Positions 1 to 13,183 are shown, counted from the first letter of the stretch. The stretch is 64,000 bases of DNA from Escherichia coli O157:H7 (GCF_013167455.1 NZ_CP038328.1); one strand, 5' to 3'. The notes: generated by a model from the letters alone, not told the origin. A program made the numbers and translations.

Positions 1-1697
1 CAGAACTGGTGGGGCATCTGGCTTCACTGCTAATGCAGCTAAACATCTGGCGTCGCGGGCTGGCACAGGAGCGTCCGCTGGAAGAGTGGTTGCCGGTTTG
101 TCGCGATATGCTCAACGCCCTCTTCCTGCCGGATGCGGAAACCGAAGCGGCGATGACGCTGATCGAACAACAATGGCAGGCGATTATCGCCGAAGGTTTA
201 GGTGCGCAGTATGGCGATGCGGTGCCGCTGTCACTATTGCGTGATGAACTGGCACAGCGCCTGGATCAAGAACGTATCAGCCAGCGTTTTCTCGCCGGGC
301 CGGTTAACATTTGTACTCTGATGCCAATGCGTTCAATTCCGTTCAAAGTGGTTTGCCTGCTGGGAATGAACGACGGCGTTTATCCACGTCAGCTTGCGCC
401 ATTGGGCTTTGACCTGATGAGCCAGAAACCGAAGCGTGGCGACCGTAGCCGTCGCGATGACGACCGCTACCTGTTCCTGGAAGCGTTAATTTCCGCGCAG
501 CAAAAACTCTATATCAGCTATATCGGGCGTTCCATTCAGGATAACAGTGAACGTTTCCCGTCGGTACTGGTGCAGGAACTGATCGACTACATCGGGCAAA
601 GTCATTATCTACCGGGCGATGAAGCGCTCAACTGTGATGAAAGCGAGGCAAGGGTAAAAGCGCATCTTACTTGCCTCCATACCCGGATGCCGTTTGATCC
701 GCAAAACTACCAGCCAGGCGAACGACAAAGCTATGCTCGTGAATGGCTACCTGCGGCCAGCCAGGCTGGTAAAGCACATTCTGAATTTGTTCAGCCGCTG
801 CCGTTTACCTTACCGGAAACCGTGCCGCTGGAAACGCTACAACGATTCTGGGCACATCCGGTGCGGGCGTTCTTCCAGATGCGTTTGCAGGTGAACTTCC
901 GTACTGAAGACAGCGAAATCCCCGACACCGAGCCATTTATTCTGGAAGGACTTAGCCGTTATCAAATCAATCAGCAGTTATTGAATGCACTGGTTGAGCA
1001 GGATGATGCCGAACGCTTGTTCCGCCGCTTCCGGGCGGCAGGGGATTTACCGTATGGCGCTTTTGGTGAAATTTTCTGGGAAACACAGTGCCAGGAGATG
1101 CAGCAGCTTGCCGACAGAGTCATTGCCTGTCGCCAGCCGGGGCAGAGTATGGAAATTGATCTCGCTTGCAACGGTGTGCAGATAACTGGCTGGTTGCCGC
1201 AGGTGCAGCCGGATGGCTTGTTGCGCTGGCGTCCCTCTTTATTAAGTGTGGCGCAGGGAATGCAACTTTGGCTGGAACACCTTGTCTACTGTGCCAGCGG
1301 TGGTAATGGTGAAAGTCGCCTTTTTCTACGCAAAGACGGCGAGTGGCGTTTTCCGCCGCTTGCAGCCGAACAGGCTTTGCATTACCTCTCACAACTGATT
1401 GAGGGGTATCGTGAAGGGATGTCCGCGCCATTGCTGGTGTTACCTGAAAGTGGCGGCGCGTGGCTAAAAACCTGTTATGACGCGCAAAACGATGCCATGC
1501 TGGATGACGATTCCACGTTGCAAAAAGCCCGTACGAAATTCCTTCAGGCTTACGAAGGCAACATGATGGTGAGTGGCGAAGGTGATGATATCTGGTATCA
1601 AAGGCTCTGGCGGCAATTAACACCAGAGACAATGGAGGCAATCGTTGAACAGTCGCAACGTTTCCTGTTACCGCTGTTTCGCTTTAATCAGTCATGA
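1..1697 (+). CDS. recC: RecBCD subunit RecC, C-terminal part (5' end of gene lies upstream of the window)
   Basis: Open frame from window edge to stop at 1695-1697; translation ending ..RFLLPLFRFNQS recognised as RecC C-terminus; followed by ptrA-recB-recD in canonical order. Confidence 0.93.
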   Translation, partial: ELVGHLASLLMQLNIWRRGLAQERPLEEWLPVCRDMLNALFLPDAETEAAMTLIEQQWQAIIAEGLGAQYGDAVPLSLLRDELAQRLDQERISQRFLAGPVNICTLMPMRSIPFKVVCLLGMNDGVYPRQLAPLGFDLMSQKPKRGDRSRRDDDRYLFLEALISAQQKLYISYIGRSIQDNSERFPSVLVQELIDYIGQSHYLPGDEALNCDESEARVKAHLTCLHTRMPFDPQNYQPGERQSYAREWLPAASQAGKAHSEFVQPLPFTLPETVPLETLQRFWAHPVRAFFQMRLQVNFRTEDSEIPDTEPFILEGLSRYQINQQLLNALVEQDDAERLFRRFRAAGDLPYGAFGEIFWETQCQEMQQLADRVIACRQPGQSMEIDLACNGVQITGWLPQVQPDGLLRWRPSLLSVAQGMQLWLEHLVYCASGGNGESRLFLRKDGEWRFPPLAAEQALHYLSQLIEGYREGMSAPLLVLPESGGAWLKTCYDAQNDAMLDDDSTLQKARTKFLQAYEGNMMVSGEGDDIWYQRLWRQLTPETMEAIVEQSQRFLLPLFRFNQS

Positions 1698-1872
1698 GCG
1701 CTGTATAAAAATTGCGCAATCTATCCGCTTACTTTATGATGCGCACCAGTCACGGACTGATGGTTATATAAACATAGGCTGACTCGTGCAGCACAAGATT
1801 AAATTCTGGCAGATGATTTGCGTTAACCTGTTGAATCTGGCCAGAAAATAAAGTTGATTATGAGGTCCGTGA

Positions 1873-4761
1873 ATGCCCCGCAGCACCTGGTTCAAAGCAT
1901 TATTGTTGTTAGTTGCCCTTTGGGCACCCTTAAGTCAGGCAGAAACGGGATGGCAGCCGATTCAGGAAACCATCCGTAAAAGTGATAAAGATAACCGCCA
2001 GTATCAGGCTATACGTCTGGATAACGGTATGGTGGTCTTGCTGGTTTCTGATCCGCAGGCAGTTAAATCGCTATCGGCGCTGGTGGTGCCCGTTGGGTCG
2101 CTGGAAGATCCCGAGGCGTACCAGGGGCTGGCACATTACCTTGAACATATGAGTCTGATGGGGTCGAAAAAGTACCCGCAGGCTGACAGTCTGGCCGAAT
2201 ATCTCAAAATGCACGGCGGTAGTCACAATGCCAGCACTGCGCCGTATCGCACGGCTTTCTATCTGGAAGTTGAGAACGACGCCTTGCCCGGTGCGGTAGA
2301 CCGCCTGGCCGATGCTATTGCAGAACCCTTGCTCGACAAGAAATACGCCGAACGTGAGCGTAATGCAGTGAACGCTGAATTAACCATGGCGCGTACACGT
2401 GACGGGATGCGCATGGCACAGGTCAGCGCAGAAACCATTAACCCGGCACACCCCGGTTCAAAGTTTTCTGGTGGTAACCTCGAAACTTTAAGCGACAAAC
2501 CTGGTAATCCGGTGCAGCAGGCGCTGAAAGATTTCCACGAGAAGTACTATTCCGCCAATTTGATGAAGGCGGTTATTTACAGTAATAAACCGCTGCCGGA
2601 GTTGGCAAAAATGGCGGCGGACACTTTTGGTCGCGTGCCGAACAAAGAGAGCAAAAAACCGGAAATCACCGTGCCGGTAGTCACCGACGCGCAAAAGGGC
2701 ATTATCATTCATTACGTCCCAGCGCTGCCGCGTAAAGTTCTGCGCGTTGAGTTTCGCATCGATAACAACTCAGCGAAGTTCCGCAGTAAAACGGATGAAT
2801 TGATTACCTATCTGATTGGTAATCGCAGCCCAGGTACACTGTCTGACTGGCTGCAAAAGCAGGGGTTAGTTGAGGGCATTAGCGCCAACTCCGATCCTAT
2901 CGTCAACGGCAACAGCGGCGTATTAGCGATCTCTGCGTCTTTAACCGATAAAGGTCTGGCGAATCGCGATCAGGTTGTGGCGGCTATTTTTAGCTACCTC
3001 AATTTGTTACGTGAAAAAGGGATCGATAAACAATACTTCGATGAACTGGCGAATGTGCTGGATATCGACTTCCGTTATCCGTCAATCACCCGTGATATGG
3101 ATTACGTCGAATGGCTGGCAGATACCATGATTCGCGTTCCTGTTGAGCATACGCTGGATGCAGTCAATATTGCCGATCGGTACGATGCTAAAGCAGTAAA
3201 AGAACGTCTGGCGATGATGACGCCGCAGAATGCGCGTATCTGGTATATCAGCCCGAAAGAGCCGCACAATAAAACGGCTTATTTTGTCGATGCGCCGTAT
3301 CAGGTCGATAAAATCAGCGAACAAACTTTCGCTGACTGGCAGCAAAAAGCTGCCAATATTGCGCTCTCCTTACCGGAGCTTAACCCCTATATTCCTGACG
3401 ATTTCTCGCTGATTAAGTCAGAGAAGAAATATGACCATCCAGAGCTGATTGTTGATGAGTCGAATCTGCGCGTGGTGTATGCGCCAAGCCGTTATTTTTC
3501 CAGCGAACCCAAAGCTGATGTCAGCCTGATTTTGCGTAATCCGAAAGCCATGGACAGCGCCCGCAATCAGGTGATGTTTGCGCTCAATGATTATCTCGCA
3601 GGGCTGGCGCTTGATCAGTTAAGCAACCAGGCGTCGGTTGGTGGCATAAGTTTTTCCACCAACGCTAACAACGGCCTTATGGTTAATGCTAATGGTTACA
3701 CCCAGCGTCTGCCGCAGCTGTTCCAGGCATTGCTCGAGGGATACTTTAGCTATACCGCTACGGAAGATCAGCTTGAGCAGGCGAAGTCCTGGTATAACCA
3801 GATGATGGATTCCGCAGAAAAGGGTAAAGCGTTTGAGCAGGCGATTATGCCCGCGCAGATGCTCTCGCAAGTGCCGTACTTCTCGCGAGATGAACGGCGT
3901 AAAATTTTGCCCTCCATTACGTTGAAAGAGGTGCTGGCTTATCGTGACGCCTTAAAATCAGGGGCTCGACCAGAGTTTATGGTTATCGGCAACATGACCG
4001 AGGCCCAGGCAACAACGCTGGCACGCGATGTGCAAAAACAGTTGGGCGCTGATGGTTCAGAGTGGTGTCGAAACAAAGATGTAGTGGTCGATAAAAAACA
4101 ATCCGTCATCTTTGAAAAAGCCGGTAACAGCACCGACTCCGCACTGGCAGCGGTATTTGTACCGACTGGCTACGATGAATACACAAGCTCAGCCTATAGC
4201 TCTCTGTTGGGGCAGATCGTACAGCCGTGGTTCTACAATCAGTTGCGTACCGAAGAACAATTGGGCTATGCCGTGTTTGCGTTTCCAATGAGCGTGGGGC
4301 GTCAGTGGGGCATGGGCTTCCTTTTGCAAAGCAATGATAAACAGCCTTCATTCTTGTGGGAGCGTTACAAGGCGTTTTTCCCAACCGCAGAGGCAAAATT
4401 GCGAGCGATGAAGCCAGATGAGTTTGCGCAAATCCAGCAGGCGGTAATTACCCAGATGCTGCAGGCACCGCAAACGCTCGGCGAAGAAGCATTGAAGTTA
4501 AGTAAAGATTTCGATCGCGGCAATATGCGCTTCGATTCGCGTGATAAAATCGTGGCCCAGATAAAACTGCTGACGCCGCAAAAACTTGCTGATTTCTTCC
4601 ATCAGGCGGTGGTCGAGCCGCAAGGCATGGCTATTCTGTCGCAGATTTCCGGCAGCCAGAACGGGAAAGCCGAATATGTGCATCCTGAAGGCTGGAAAGT
4701 GTGGGAGAACGTCAGCGCGTTGCAGCAAACAATGCCCCTGATGAGTGAAAAGAATGAGTGA
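1873..4761 (+). CDS. ptrA: Protease III (pitrilysin), periplasmic M16 zinc metalloprotease
   Basis: 962-aa ORF; N-terminal signal peptide MPRSTWFKALLLLVALWAPLSQA; inverted zinc motif HYLEH (HxxEH) typical of M16 family. Confidence 0.95.
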   Translation: MPRSTWFKALLLLVALWAPLSQAETGWQPIQETIRKSDKDNRQYQAIRLDNGMVVLLVSDPQAVKSLSALVVPVGSLEDPEAYQGLAHYLEHMSLMGSKKYPQADSLAEYLKMHGGSHNASTAPYRTAFYLEVENDALPGAVDRLADAIAEPLLDKKYAERERNAVNAELTMARTRDGMRMAQVSAETINPAHPGSKFSGGNLETLSDKPGNPVQQALKDFHEKYYSANLMKAVIYSNKPLPELAKMAADTFGRVPNKESKKPEITVPVVTDAQKGIIIHYVPALPRKVLRVEFRIDNNSAKFRSKTDELITYLIGNRSPGTLSDWLQKQGLVEGISANSDPIVNGNSGVLAISASLTDKGLANRDQVVAAIFSYLNLLREKGIDKQYFDELANVLDIDFRYPSITRDMDYVEWLADTMIRVPVEHTLDAVNIADRYDAKAVKERLAMMTPQNARIWYISPKEPHNKTAYFVDAPYQVDKISEQTFADWQQKAANIALSLPELNPYIPDDFSLIKSEKKYDHPELIVDESNLRVVYAPSRYFSSEPKADVSLILRNPKAMDSARNQVMFALNDYLAGLALDQLSNQASVGGISFSTNANNGLMVNANGYTQRLPQLFQALLEGYFSYTATEDQLEQAKSWYNQMMDSAEKGKAFEQAIMPAQMLSQVPYFSRDERRKILPSITLKEVLAYRDALKSGARPEFMVIGNMTEAQATTLARDVQKQLGADGSEWCRNKDVVVDKKQSVIFEKAGNSTDSALAAVFVPTGYDEYTSSAYSSLLGQIVQPWFYNQLRTEEQLGYAVFAFPMSVGRQWGMGFLLQSNDKQPSFLWERYKAFFPTAEAKLRAMKPDEFAQIQQAVITQMLQAPQTLGEEALKLSKDFDRGNMRFDSRDKIVAQIKLLTPQKLADFFHQAVVEPQGMAILSQISGSQNGKAEYVHPEGWKVWENVSALQQTMPLMSEKNE

Positions 4762-7700
4762 TGTCGCCGAGACACTAGATCCTTTGCGCTTGCCCTTTCA
4801 GGGCGAGCGCCTGATTGAAGCCTCTGCCGGCACAGGCAAAACCTTTACGATTGCGGCGCTCTATTTGCGCCTGTTACTTGGACTAGGCGGTTCCGCCGCC
4901 TTTCCCCGCCCGCTGACCGTTGAAGAACTGCTGGTGGTCACCTTTACCGAGGCTGCCACGGCAGAATTGCGTGGTCGTATCCGTAGCAATATCCATGAGT
5001 TGCGCATCGCCTGTCTGCGTGAAACCACCGACAATCCACTGTACGAACGTCTGCTGGAAGAGATCGACGATAAAGCGCAAGCCGCGAAGTGGTTGTTGTT
5101 AGCCGAACGGCAGATGGATGAAGCGGCAGTCTTTACTATTCACGGTTTTTGCCAGCGCATGCTCAACCTGAATGCCTTTGAATCCGGCATGCTGTTTGAG
5201 CAGCAGCTGATTGAAGATGAGTCTCTGCTACGTTACCAGGCCTGCGCCGATTTCTGGCGTCGCCACTGCTACCCGCTGCCGCGTGAAATAGCCCAGGTCG
5301 TCTTTGAAACCTGGAAAGGGCCGCAGGCGTTGCTGCGCGATATTAATCGTTATCTGCAAGGTGAAGCGCCGGTTATCAAAGCACCGCCGCCCGATGATGA
5401 AACGCTGGCTTCCCGTCACGCGCAAATTGTGGCGCGTATTGATACGGTAAAACAGCAGTGGCGCGACGCAGTGGGTGAACTGGATGCGCTGATCGAATCT
5501 TCTGGTATTGATCGACGCAAGTTTAACCGTAGCAATCAGGCTAAATGGATCGACAAGATCAGCGCCTGGGCAGAAGAAGAGAGAAACAGTTATCAGTTGC
5601 CGGAGTCGCTGGAAAAATTCTCCCAGCGTTTCTTAGAAGATCGCACGAAGGCCGGGGGGGAAACCCCGCGACATCCACTGTTTGAGGCGATCGATCAACT
5701 GCTTGCAGAACCATTGTCGATCCGCGATCTGGTGATCACCCGCGCATTGGCTGAGATCCGCGAAACAGTAGCGCGTGAAAAACGCCGCCGTGGCGAATTG
5801 GGTTTTGATGACATGTTAAGTCGGCTCGATTCCGCGCTGCGTAGCGAAAGCGGTGAGGTGTTGGCAGCGGCGATCCGTACGCGATTCCCGGTGGCAATGA
5901 TCGATGAATTTCAGGATACCGACCCCCAGCAGTACCGAATTTTTCGCCGTATCTGGCACCATCAGCCGGAAACCGCATTGTTGCTGATTGGCGACCCGAA
6001 GCAGGCCATATATGCATTCCGGGGTGCGGATATCTTCACTTATATGAAGGCGCGTAGTGAAGTTCACGCCCACTACACTTTAGACACCAACTGGCGCTCC
6101 GCACCTGGAATGGTGAACAGTGTGAACAAGCTTTTCAGCCAGACTGATGACGCGTTCATGTTTCGCGAAATACCGTTTATTCCAGTGAAATCAGCCGGGA
6201 AAAATCAGGCGTTACGTTTTGTCTTTAAAGGTGAAACGCAGCCTGCGATGAAAATGTGGCTGATGGAAGGCGAAAGTTGCGGCGTTGGCGACTATCAAAG
6301 TACCATGGCGCAGGTAAGTGCTGCGCAAATTCGCGACTGGCTACAAGCCGGACAGCGGGGCGAAGCGTTGCTGATGAACGGCGACGACGCGCGTCCGGTG
6401 CGTGCTTCGGACATCAGTGTGCTGGTGCGCAGCCGCCAGGAGGCCGCCCAGGTGCGCGATGCCTTAACGTTGCTGGAAATCCCTTCCGTTTACCTTTCGA
6501 ACCGCGACAGTGTTTTTGAAACTCTGGAAGCGCAGGAAATGCTTTGGTTGTTGCAGGCGGTGATGACGCCCGAACGTGAGAACACCCTGCGTAGTGCGCT
6601 GGCAACGTCAATGATGGGGCTGAACGCGCTGGATATCGAAACGCTGAATAATGACGAACATGCGTGGGACGCGGTGGTCGAAGAGTTCGATGGTTATCGG
6701 CAAATCTGGCGCAAACGTGGCGTTATGCCGATGATGCGGGCGCTGATGTCGGCGCGTAACATTGCAGAAAACTTGCTGGCAACGGCAGGCGGTGAGCGGC
6801 GTCTTACCGATATCTTGCATATCAGCGAACTGCTACAAGAAGCCGGAACGCAGCTGGAAAGTGAACATGCGCTGGTACGCTGGTTATCGCAACATATCCT
6901 CGAGCCAGACAGTAATGCCTCCAGCCAACAAATGCGCCTCGAAAGTGATAAACATCTGGTACAGATTGTCACGATCCATAAATCAAAAGGGCTGGAATAT
7001 CCGCTGGTCTGGTTGCCATTTATTACCAATTTCCGCGTCCAGGATCAGGCGTTTTATCACGATCGCCACTCGTTTGAGGCTGTTCTGGATCTTAACGCTG
7101 CGCCAGAAAGCGTCGATCTTGCGGAGGTCGAACGTCTGGCGGAAGATCTGCGTTTGCTTTACGTGGCGCTGACGCGTTCGGTTTGGCATTGCAGTCTCGG
7201 CGTTGCACCGCTGGTGCGCCGTCGTGGCGATAAAAAAGGTGACACCGACGTCCACCAAAGTGCCCTCGGGCGTTTGCTGCAAAAAGGGGAACCGCAAGAT
7301 GCGGCAGGGCTTCGCACCTGTATTGAAGCGTTATGCGATGATGATATTGCCTGGCAAACGGCACAAACTGGTGATAACCAGCCCTGGCAGGTTAATGATG
7401 CTTTAACTGCAGAACTGAATGCGAGGACGCTACAACGATTGCCCGGCGATAACTGGCGTGTCACCAGCTACTCCGGCTTGCAGCAGCGTGGTCACGGTAT
7501 CGCTCAGGATCTGATGCCACGGCTGGATGTTGATGCCGCAGGCGTGGTCAGCGTCGTTGAAGAACCGACGTTAACACCGCATCAGTTCCCGCGCGGTGCG
7601 TCACCGGGGACATTCTTGCACAGTTTGTTTGAAGACCTCAATTTTACCCAGCCGGTTGACCCGAACTGGGTACAGGAAAAACTGGAACTCGGCGGCTTTG

Positions 7701-8296
7701 AATCGCAGTGGGAACCGGTGTTGACCGAGTGGATCACGGCTGTCCTCCAGGCACCTCTCAATGAAACGGGTGTTAGCCTGAGTCAGCTTTCCGACCGCGA
7801 TAAACAGGTGGAGATGGAGTTTTACCTGCCGATTAGCGAACCGCTCATCGCCAGCCAGCTTGATGCACTAATTCGCCAGTTTGACCCGCTATCCGCTGGC
7901 TGCCCGCCGCTGGAGTTCATGCAGGCACGTGGCATGTTAAAAGGCTTTATCGACCTGGTGTTCCGCCACGAAGGGCGTTATTACCTGCTCGACTATAAAT
8001 CCAACTGGTTGGGTGAAGATAGTTCGGCTTACACCCAACAGGCTATGGCAGCGGCAATGCAGGCACACCGCTATGATCTGCAATATCAGCTTTATACCCT
8101 GGCGCTGCACCGTTATCTGCGCCATCGCATTGCTGATTACGACTATGAGCGCCACTTTGGCGGCGTTATTTATCTGTTCCTGCGTGGTGTTGATAAAGAA
8201 CATCCGCAACAAGGGATTTACACAACCCGCCCCAACGCCGGGTTGATTGACCTGATGGATGAGATGTTTGCCGGTATGACTCTGGAGGAGGCGTAA
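4754..8296 (+). CDS. recB: RecBCD helicase/nuclease subunit RecB
   Basis: 1180 codons from ATG 4754 ([13 protein letters not shown]..); Walker A GTGKT near N-terminus; start overlaps ptrA stop by 8 nt; ORF-track start 4745 is a 3-codon over-extension. Confidence 0.95.
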   Translation: MSDVAETLDPLRLPFQGERLIEASAGTGKTFTIAALYLRLLLGLGGSAAFPRPLTVEELLVVTFTEAATAELRGRIRSNIHELRIACLRETTDNPLYERLLEEIDDKAQAAKWLLLAERQMDEAAVFTIHGFCQRMLNLNAFESGMLFEQQLIEDESLLRYQACADFWRRHCYPLPREIAQVVFETWKGPQALLRDINRYLQGEAPVIKAPPPDDETLASRHAQIVARIDTVKQQWRDAVGELDALIESSGIDRRKFNRSNQAKWIDKISAWAEEERNSYQLPESLEKFSQRFLEDRTKAGGETPRHPLFEAIDQLLAEPLSIRDLVITRALAEIRETVAREKRRRGELGFDDMLSRLDSALRSESGEVLAAAIRTRFPVAMIDEFQDTDPQQYRIFRRIWHHQPETALLLIGDPKQAIYAFRGADIFTYMKARSEVHAHYTLDTNWRSAPGMVNSVNKLFSQTDDAFMFREIPFIPVKSAGKNQALRFVFKGETQPAMKMWLMEGESCGVGDYQSTMAQVSAAQIRDWLQAGQRGEALLMNGDDARPVRASDISVLVRSRQEAAQVRDALTLLEIPSVYLSNRDSVFETLEAQEMLWLLQAVMTPERENTLRSALATSMMGLNALDIETLNNDEHAWDAVVEEFDGYRQIWRKRGVMPMMRALMSARNIAENLLATAGGERRLTDILHISELLQEAGTQLESEHALVRWLSQHILEPDSNASSQQMRLESDKHLVQIVTIHKSKGLEYPLVWLPFITNFRVQDQAFYHDRHSFEAVLDLNAAPESVDLAEVERLAEDLRLLYVALTRSVWHCSLGVAPLVRRRGDKKGDTDVHQSALGRLLQKGEPQDAAGLRTCIEALCDDDIAWQTAQTGDNQPWQVNDALTAELNARTLQRLPGDNWRVTSYSGLQQRGHGIAQDLMPRLDVDAAGVVSVVEEPTLTPHQFPRGASPGTFLHSLFEDLNFTQPVDPNWVQEKLELGGFESQWEPVLTEWITAVLQAPLNETGVSLSQLSDRDKQVEMEFYLPISEPLIASQLDALIRQFDPLSAGCPPLEFMQARGMLKGFIDLVFRHEGRYYLLDYKSNWLGEDSSAYTQQAMAAAMQAHRYDLQYQLYTLALHRYLRHRIADYDYERHFGGVIYLFLRGVDKEHPQQGIYTTRPNAGLIDLMDEMFAGMTLEEA

Positions 8297-10122
8297 TGAA
8301 ATTGCAAAAGCAATTACTGGAAGCTGTGGAGCACAAACAGCTACGCCCGCTGGACGTGCAGTTTGCCCTGACCGTGGCGGGAGATGAACATCCTGCCGTC
8401 ACCCTCGCGGCGGCACTGTTAAGTCATGATGCCGGAGAGGGGCACGTTTGTTTGCCGCTTTCACGACTGGAAAATAATGAGGAGTCGCATCCGCTGTTGG
8501 CGACCTGTGTCAGTGAAATCGGTGAGCTACAAAATTGGGAAGAATGCTTGCTGGCTTCACAAGCGGTCAGCCGGGGAGATGAACCCACGCCGATGATCCT
8601 CTGTGGCGATCGTCTTTATTTGAATCGCATGTGGTGTAACGAGCGGACGGTAGCGCGCTTCTTCAATGAGGTGAATCATGCCATCGAGGTGGATGAAGCC
8701 TTGTTGGCGCAAACCCTGGATAAACTCTTTCCGACTGGTGATGAAATTAACTGGCAAAAAGTGGCGGCAGCAGTGGCGCTGACGCGGCGGATCTCGGTGA
8801 TTTCCGGCGGCCCTGGCACCGGTAAAACGACCACCGTAGCGAAGTTGCTGGCAGCGTTAATTCAAATGGCCGACGGCGAACGCTGCCGTATCCGTCTGGC
8901 TGCACCAACGGGTAAAGCTGCCGCGCGCTTAACCGAATCTCTCGGCAAGGCTTTGCGACAGTTACCGCTGACCGATGAACAAAAGAAACGTATTCCGGAA
9001 GATGCCAGTACTTTGCACCGATTGCTGGGTGCGCAGCCGGGTAGCCAGCGTTTACGTCATCATGCCGGTAACCCGCTGCATCTTGATGTGCTGGTGGTAG
9101 ATGAAGCGTCAATGATCGATCTGCCTATGATGTCGAGACTGATCGACGCCTTGCCCGATCATGCGCGAGTGATCTTTCTCGGCGATCGTGATCAACTGGC
9201 CTCGGTTGAGGCTGGGGCTGTGCTGGGCGATATCTGCGCTTATGCCAATGCCGGCTTTACCGCCGAGCGTGCCGGGCAGCTAAGCCGCCTGACGGGAACT
9301 CACGTTCCGGCAGGAACTGGCACAGAAGCGGCATCTTTGCGCGACAGTCTCTGCCTGCTGCAAAAAAGCTATCGTTTCGGCAGCGATTCTGGCATTGGTC
9401 AGTTAGCTGCGGCGATCAACCGTGGTGATAAAACGGCAGTGAAAACCGTTTTTCAGCAGGATTTTACTGATATTGAAAAACGGCTTTTACAGAGCGGCGA
9501 AGATTATATTGCGATGCTTGAGGAAGCTCTTGCGGGTTATGGACGTTATCTGGATCTGCTGCAAGCGCGTGCCGAGCCGGATTTAATCATTCAGGCGTTC
9601 AATGAGTACCAACTTTTGTGCGCCCTGCGGGAAGGGCCATTTGGCGTGGCTGGACTGAATGAGCGAATTGAGCAGTTTATGCAACAGAAGCGCAAAATTC
9701 ATCGTAATCCGCACTCTCGTTGGTACGAAGGCCGACCGGTGATGATTGCCCGTAATGACAGCGCGCTTGGGTTGTTTAATGGCGATATCGGTATTGCGCT
9801 GGATCGCGGGCAGGGGACGCGCGTCTGGTTTGCGATGCCGGACGGCAATATTAAGTCTGTGCAACCGAGTCGCTTGCCAGAGCACGAAACTACGTGGGCG
9901 ATGACGGTACATAAATCGCAGGGATCGGAGTTCGACCATGCGGCGTTGATTTTACCGAGCCAACGCACGCCGGTAGTAACGCGAGAGCTGGTTTATACCG
10001 CGGTGACCCGCGCGCGTCGCCGTCTGTCGCTGTATGCCGATGAGCGCATATTAAGTGCGGCAATCGCCACTCGTACTGAGCGGCGCAGTGGTCTGGCGGC
10101 GTTGTTTAGTTCACGGGAATAA
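8296..10122 (+). CDS. recD: RecBCD helicase subunit RecD
   Basis: 608-aa ORF; Walker [13 protein letters not shown] overlaps recB stop (TAATG), consistent with translational coupling. Confidence 0.95.
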   Translation: MKLQKQLLEAVEHKQLRPLDVQFALTVAGDEHPAVTLAAALLSHDAGEGHVCLPLSRLENNEESHPLLATCVSEIGELQNWEECLLASQAVSRGDEPTPMILCGDRLYLNRMWCNERTVARFFNEVNHAIEVDEALLAQTLDKLFPTGDEINWQKVAAAVALTRRISVISGGPGTGKTTTVAKLLAALIQMADGERCRIRLAAPTGKAAARLTESLGKALRQLPLTDEQKKRIPEDASTLHRLLGAQPGSQRLRHHAGNPLHLDVLVVDEASMIDLPMMSRLIDALPDHARVIFLGDRDQLASVEAGAVLGDICAYANAGFTAERAGQLSRLTGTHVPAGTGTEAASLRDSLCLLQKSYRFGSDSGIGQLAAAINRGDKTAVKTVFQQDFTDIEKRLLQSGEDYIAMLEEALAGYGRYLDLLQARAEPDLIIQAFNEYQLLCALREGPFGVAGLNERIEQFMQQKRKIHRNPHSRWYEGRPVMIARNDSALGLFNGDIGIALDRGQGTRVWFAMPDGNIKSVQPSRLPEHETTWAMTVHKSQGSEFDHAALILPSQRTPVVTRELVYTAVTRARRRLSLYADERILSAAIATRTERRSGLAALFSSRE

Positions 10123-10132
10123 ACGTAATTGC

Positions 10133-10169
10133 CGGATGCGACGTACGAGTGTTACGCATGTCGCATCCG
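10133..10169. repeat. REP-like inverted repeat between convergent recD and argA (probable bidirectional terminator element)
   Basis: CGGATGCGAC...GTCGCATCCG 10-bp perfect inverted repeat with 17-nt spacer; GCCGGATGCG motif resembles REP consensus. Confidence 0.45.
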
Positions 10170-10183
10170 ACGATTTTCATCGC

Positions 10184-11515
10184 TTACCCTAAATCCGCCA
10201 TCAACACTTTGGATTTACGCTGGTAGTTGTACAACTGCTTTTTGCTTTCGGGCAATAAATCAATATCCACCGGGGTAAATCCACGTTCCTGGAACCAGTG
10301 AATACTGCGCGTGGTCAGCACAAACAATTTGCTTAAGCCGCTCTGCTTCGCCTGAGCGGCAATGCGTTCCAGCAGAACCTCGCCCCGTGATGAGCTGCGG
10401 TAATCCGGGTGAACTGCCACACAGGCCATTTCCCCAATCTTCTCTTCCGGGAACGGATAGAGCGCGGCGCAGGCAATAGTCGTGTTATCGCGCTGAATAA
10501 TGGTGAATTTGTCGATTTCCATCTCCAGCTGCTCGCGAGAACGGCGTACCAGAATACCTTGCTGCTCCAGCGGGCGAATCAACTCCAGAATACCGCCGAT
10601 ATCGTTGATTGTTGCGCGACGAATCTGCTCGGCGCTTTCCATCACAATCTGCGTACCGATACCGTCGCGTGAGAACAACTCTTGCAACAGCGCGCCATCT
10701 TCCTGATAACTGATTAAATGACAGCGACGCACGCCGCTGCGGCAGGCTTTCACTGCGCCACGCAAAAAGCGCACCGTACCGGAGTTGTAATCGCCTTTCT
10801 CTTCCTGGGCTTCTACCCGCGCTTGCGCTTCGTTAGGGAAAAGTTCGGAGACAATATCACCGTCGTCATTAGTGACGCCCTGGGAAGAGCAAAAACCAAT
10901 CATCTTCTCAGCTTTCAGTTTGATGGCCAGTTGAGTGGCAATCTCTTCCGAGGTCAGATTAAAGCTCTCGCCAGTGACTGAAACAGCGACCGGCCCCATT
11001 AGCACTATTGCACCGCTGTCCAGTTGACGATGGATCGCGTCTTCATCAATCCGCCGGATACGCCCGCTATGGCAGTAATCCACGCCGTCATCGACGCCCA
11101 GCGGCTGGGCAATAATAAAATTGCCACTGACGACGTTGATATGCGCGCCCTGTAGCGGCGTGTTATTGAGACTCATCGACAGGCGAGCAGTAATATCCAG
11201 TTGCAATGTTCCCGCAGCCTGCTTCACCAGTTCCAGTGTTTTGGCGTCGGTCACACGTATATTCTTGTGATACAGCGGTTCGTGGTGATGCGCAGCCAGA
11301 TTTGCGTCGATCTGCGGACGTGCGCCATAGACCACCACCAGACGGATGCCGAGGCTGTGCAACAACCCGATATCATTAACGATACTGGAGAAATTCTCAT
11401 GCTCAATGGCTTCACCGCCGAGCATGATGACAAACGTTTTTCCCCGGTGGGTATTGATATAGGGAACCGAATGGCGGAATCCCTCGACCAGCTCGGTTTT
11501 ACGTTCCTTTACCAC
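10184..11515 (-). CDS. argA: N-acetylglutamate synthase
   Basis: 443-aa protein recognised as ArgA beginning (M)[36 protein letters not shown] start at 11513-11515; the ORF-track 465-aa version carries a 22-codon upstream extension. Confidence 0.9.
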   Translation of the reverse strand: MVKERKTELVEGFRHSVPYINTHRGKTFVIMLGGEAIEHENFSSIVNDIGLLHSLGIRLVVVYGARPQIDANLAAHHHEPLYHKNIRVTDAKTLELVKQAAGTLQLDITARLSMSLNNTPLQGAHINVVSGNFIIAQPLGVDDGVDYCHSGRIRRIDEDAIHRQLDSGAIVLMGPVAVSVTGESFNLTSEEIATQLAIKLKAEKMIGFCSSQGVTNDDGDIVSELFPNEAQARVEAQEEKGDYNSGTVRFLRGAVKACRSGVRRCHLISYQEDGALLQELFSRDGIGTQIVMESAEQIRRATINDIGGILELIRPLEQQGILVRRSREQLEMEIDKFTIIQRDNTTIACAALYPFPEEKIGEMACVAVHPDYRSSSRGEVLLERIAAQAKQSGLSKLFVLTTRSIHWFQERGFTPVDIDLLPESKKQLYNYQRKSKVLMADLG

Positions 11516-11520
11516 GGCAC

Positions 11521-11556
11521 ACCTCTTTGCATTATTATTCGAATTTATTGTATTTT
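11521..11556 (-). promoter_or_regulatory. Putative tandem ARG boxes (ArgR operator) in argA promoter region
   Basis: Minus-strand AGAATAAAAATACAAT and AAATTCGAATAATAAT resemble the 18-bp ARG box consensus wnTGAATwwwwATTCAnw, adjacent and just upstream of argA start. Confidence 0.35.
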
Positions 11557-11746
11557 TATTCTGTTTTTTCGCAGGGTGCAAGTGTAAATTTTATGCGAGA
11601 GCGACTTTTTTATCAGTAATGGCGTGAATATAAAAAGAATGTTTACCGTTTATTAGATGACAGATTATGCGTCTTTCGCTAAAGTTTCCGGTCAAATTAG
11701 TCGTTTACTTGTTACACAGCTTAGATTTCTTTTGCTCGGGAGAGGC

Positions 11747-13000
11747 ATGTCAGGATCCAACACTGCAATCAGCCGTCGTCGTTTACTGCAAGGCGCGGGT
11801 GCCATGTGGCTATTGAGCGTAAGTCAGGTCAGTCTGGCTGCGGTCAGCCAGGTCGTGGCGGTGCGCGTCTGGCCTGCGTCCAGCTACACCCGCGTGACGG
11901 TAGAATCAAATCGTCAGCTGAAATATAAGCAGTTCGCGTTGAGTAACCCGGAACGCGTGGTGGTGGATATCGAAGATGTAAACCTGAACTCGGTACTCAA
12001 GGGGATGGCGGCACAAATTCGTGCAGACGACCCGTTCATCAAGTCGGCGCGCGTCGGGCAATTTGACCCGCAAACCGTACGGATGGTTTTTGAATTAAAG
12101 CAAAACGTAAAACCGCAGCTGTTTGCCCTTGCGCCGGTCGCCGGGTTTAAAGAGCGTCTGGTGATGGACCTCTATCCGGCCAATGCACAGGATATGCAGG
12201 ACCCGCTGCTGGCGCTGCTGGAGGATTACAACAAAGGCGACCTCGAAAAGCAGGTGCCGCCAGCGCAAAGTGGTCCACAACCAGGTAAAGCAGGGCGCGA
12301 TCGTCCGATTGTCATTATGCTTGACCCTGGCCACGGTGGCGAAGACTCCGGTGCGGTGGGGAAATACAAAACGCGCGAAAAAGATGTGGTATTGCAAATA
12401 GCTCGCCGTTTGCGCTCTCTGATCGAGAAAGAGGGCAATATGAAGGTGTACATGACGCGCAATGAAGACATCTTCATTCCGTTGCAAGTGCGCGTAGCAA
12501 AAGCTCAGAAACAGCGTGCTGACCTGTTTGTCTCTATCCATGCCGACGCCTTTACCAGTCGCCAGCCGAGCGGTTCCTCGGTGTTTGCGCTCTCAACCAA
12601 AGGTGCAACCAGTACTGCGGCAAAATATCTGGCACAAACCCAGAACGCCTCCGACTTGATTGGTGGCGTGAGCAAAAGCGGTGACCGCTATGTCGACCAC
12701 ACCATGTTCGATATGGTGCAGTCGCTGACCATTGCTGACAGCCTTAAGTTTGGTAAAGCGGTGCTGAATAAGCTCGGTAAAATCAACAAGCTGCATAAAA
12801 ATCAAGTTGAACAGGCCGGGTTTGCCGTACTAAAGGCACCAGATATTCCCTCCATTCTGGTCGAAACGGCGTTTATCAGTAACGTTGAGGAAGAGCGTAA
12901 ACTGAAAACGGCGACCTTCCAGCAGGAAGTTGCGGAGTCTATTCTTGCGGGAATTAAAGCGTATTTTGCCGATGGGGCGACCCTGGCGAGAAGGGGATGA
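11747..13000 (+). CDS. amiC: N-acetylmuramoyl-L-alanine amidase AmiC (Tat-exported)
   Basis: 417-aa protein from ATG 11747 ([23 protein letters not shown].., twin-arginine signal); ORF-track start 11657 is a 30-codon over-extension. Confidence 0.9.
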
Positions 13001-13001
13001 T

Positions 13002-13032
13002 AAAAAGGCGCTGAATGGCGCTTTTTTATAGG
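13002..13032. terminator. Bidirectional intrinsic terminator between amiC (+) and the tRNA-fMet cluster (-)
   Basis: AAAAAGGCGC-TGAATG-GCGCTTTTTT: GC stem flanked by A-run on one side and T-run on the other. Confidence 0.5.
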
Positions 13033-13073
13033 AGACCAGAAACAAAAAAACACCCGTTAGGGTGTTCAATAAT

Positions 13074-13150
<77 letters not shown>

Positions 13151-13183
13151 TCACCGTACTGCTTTTACTTCATCAAATTTGAT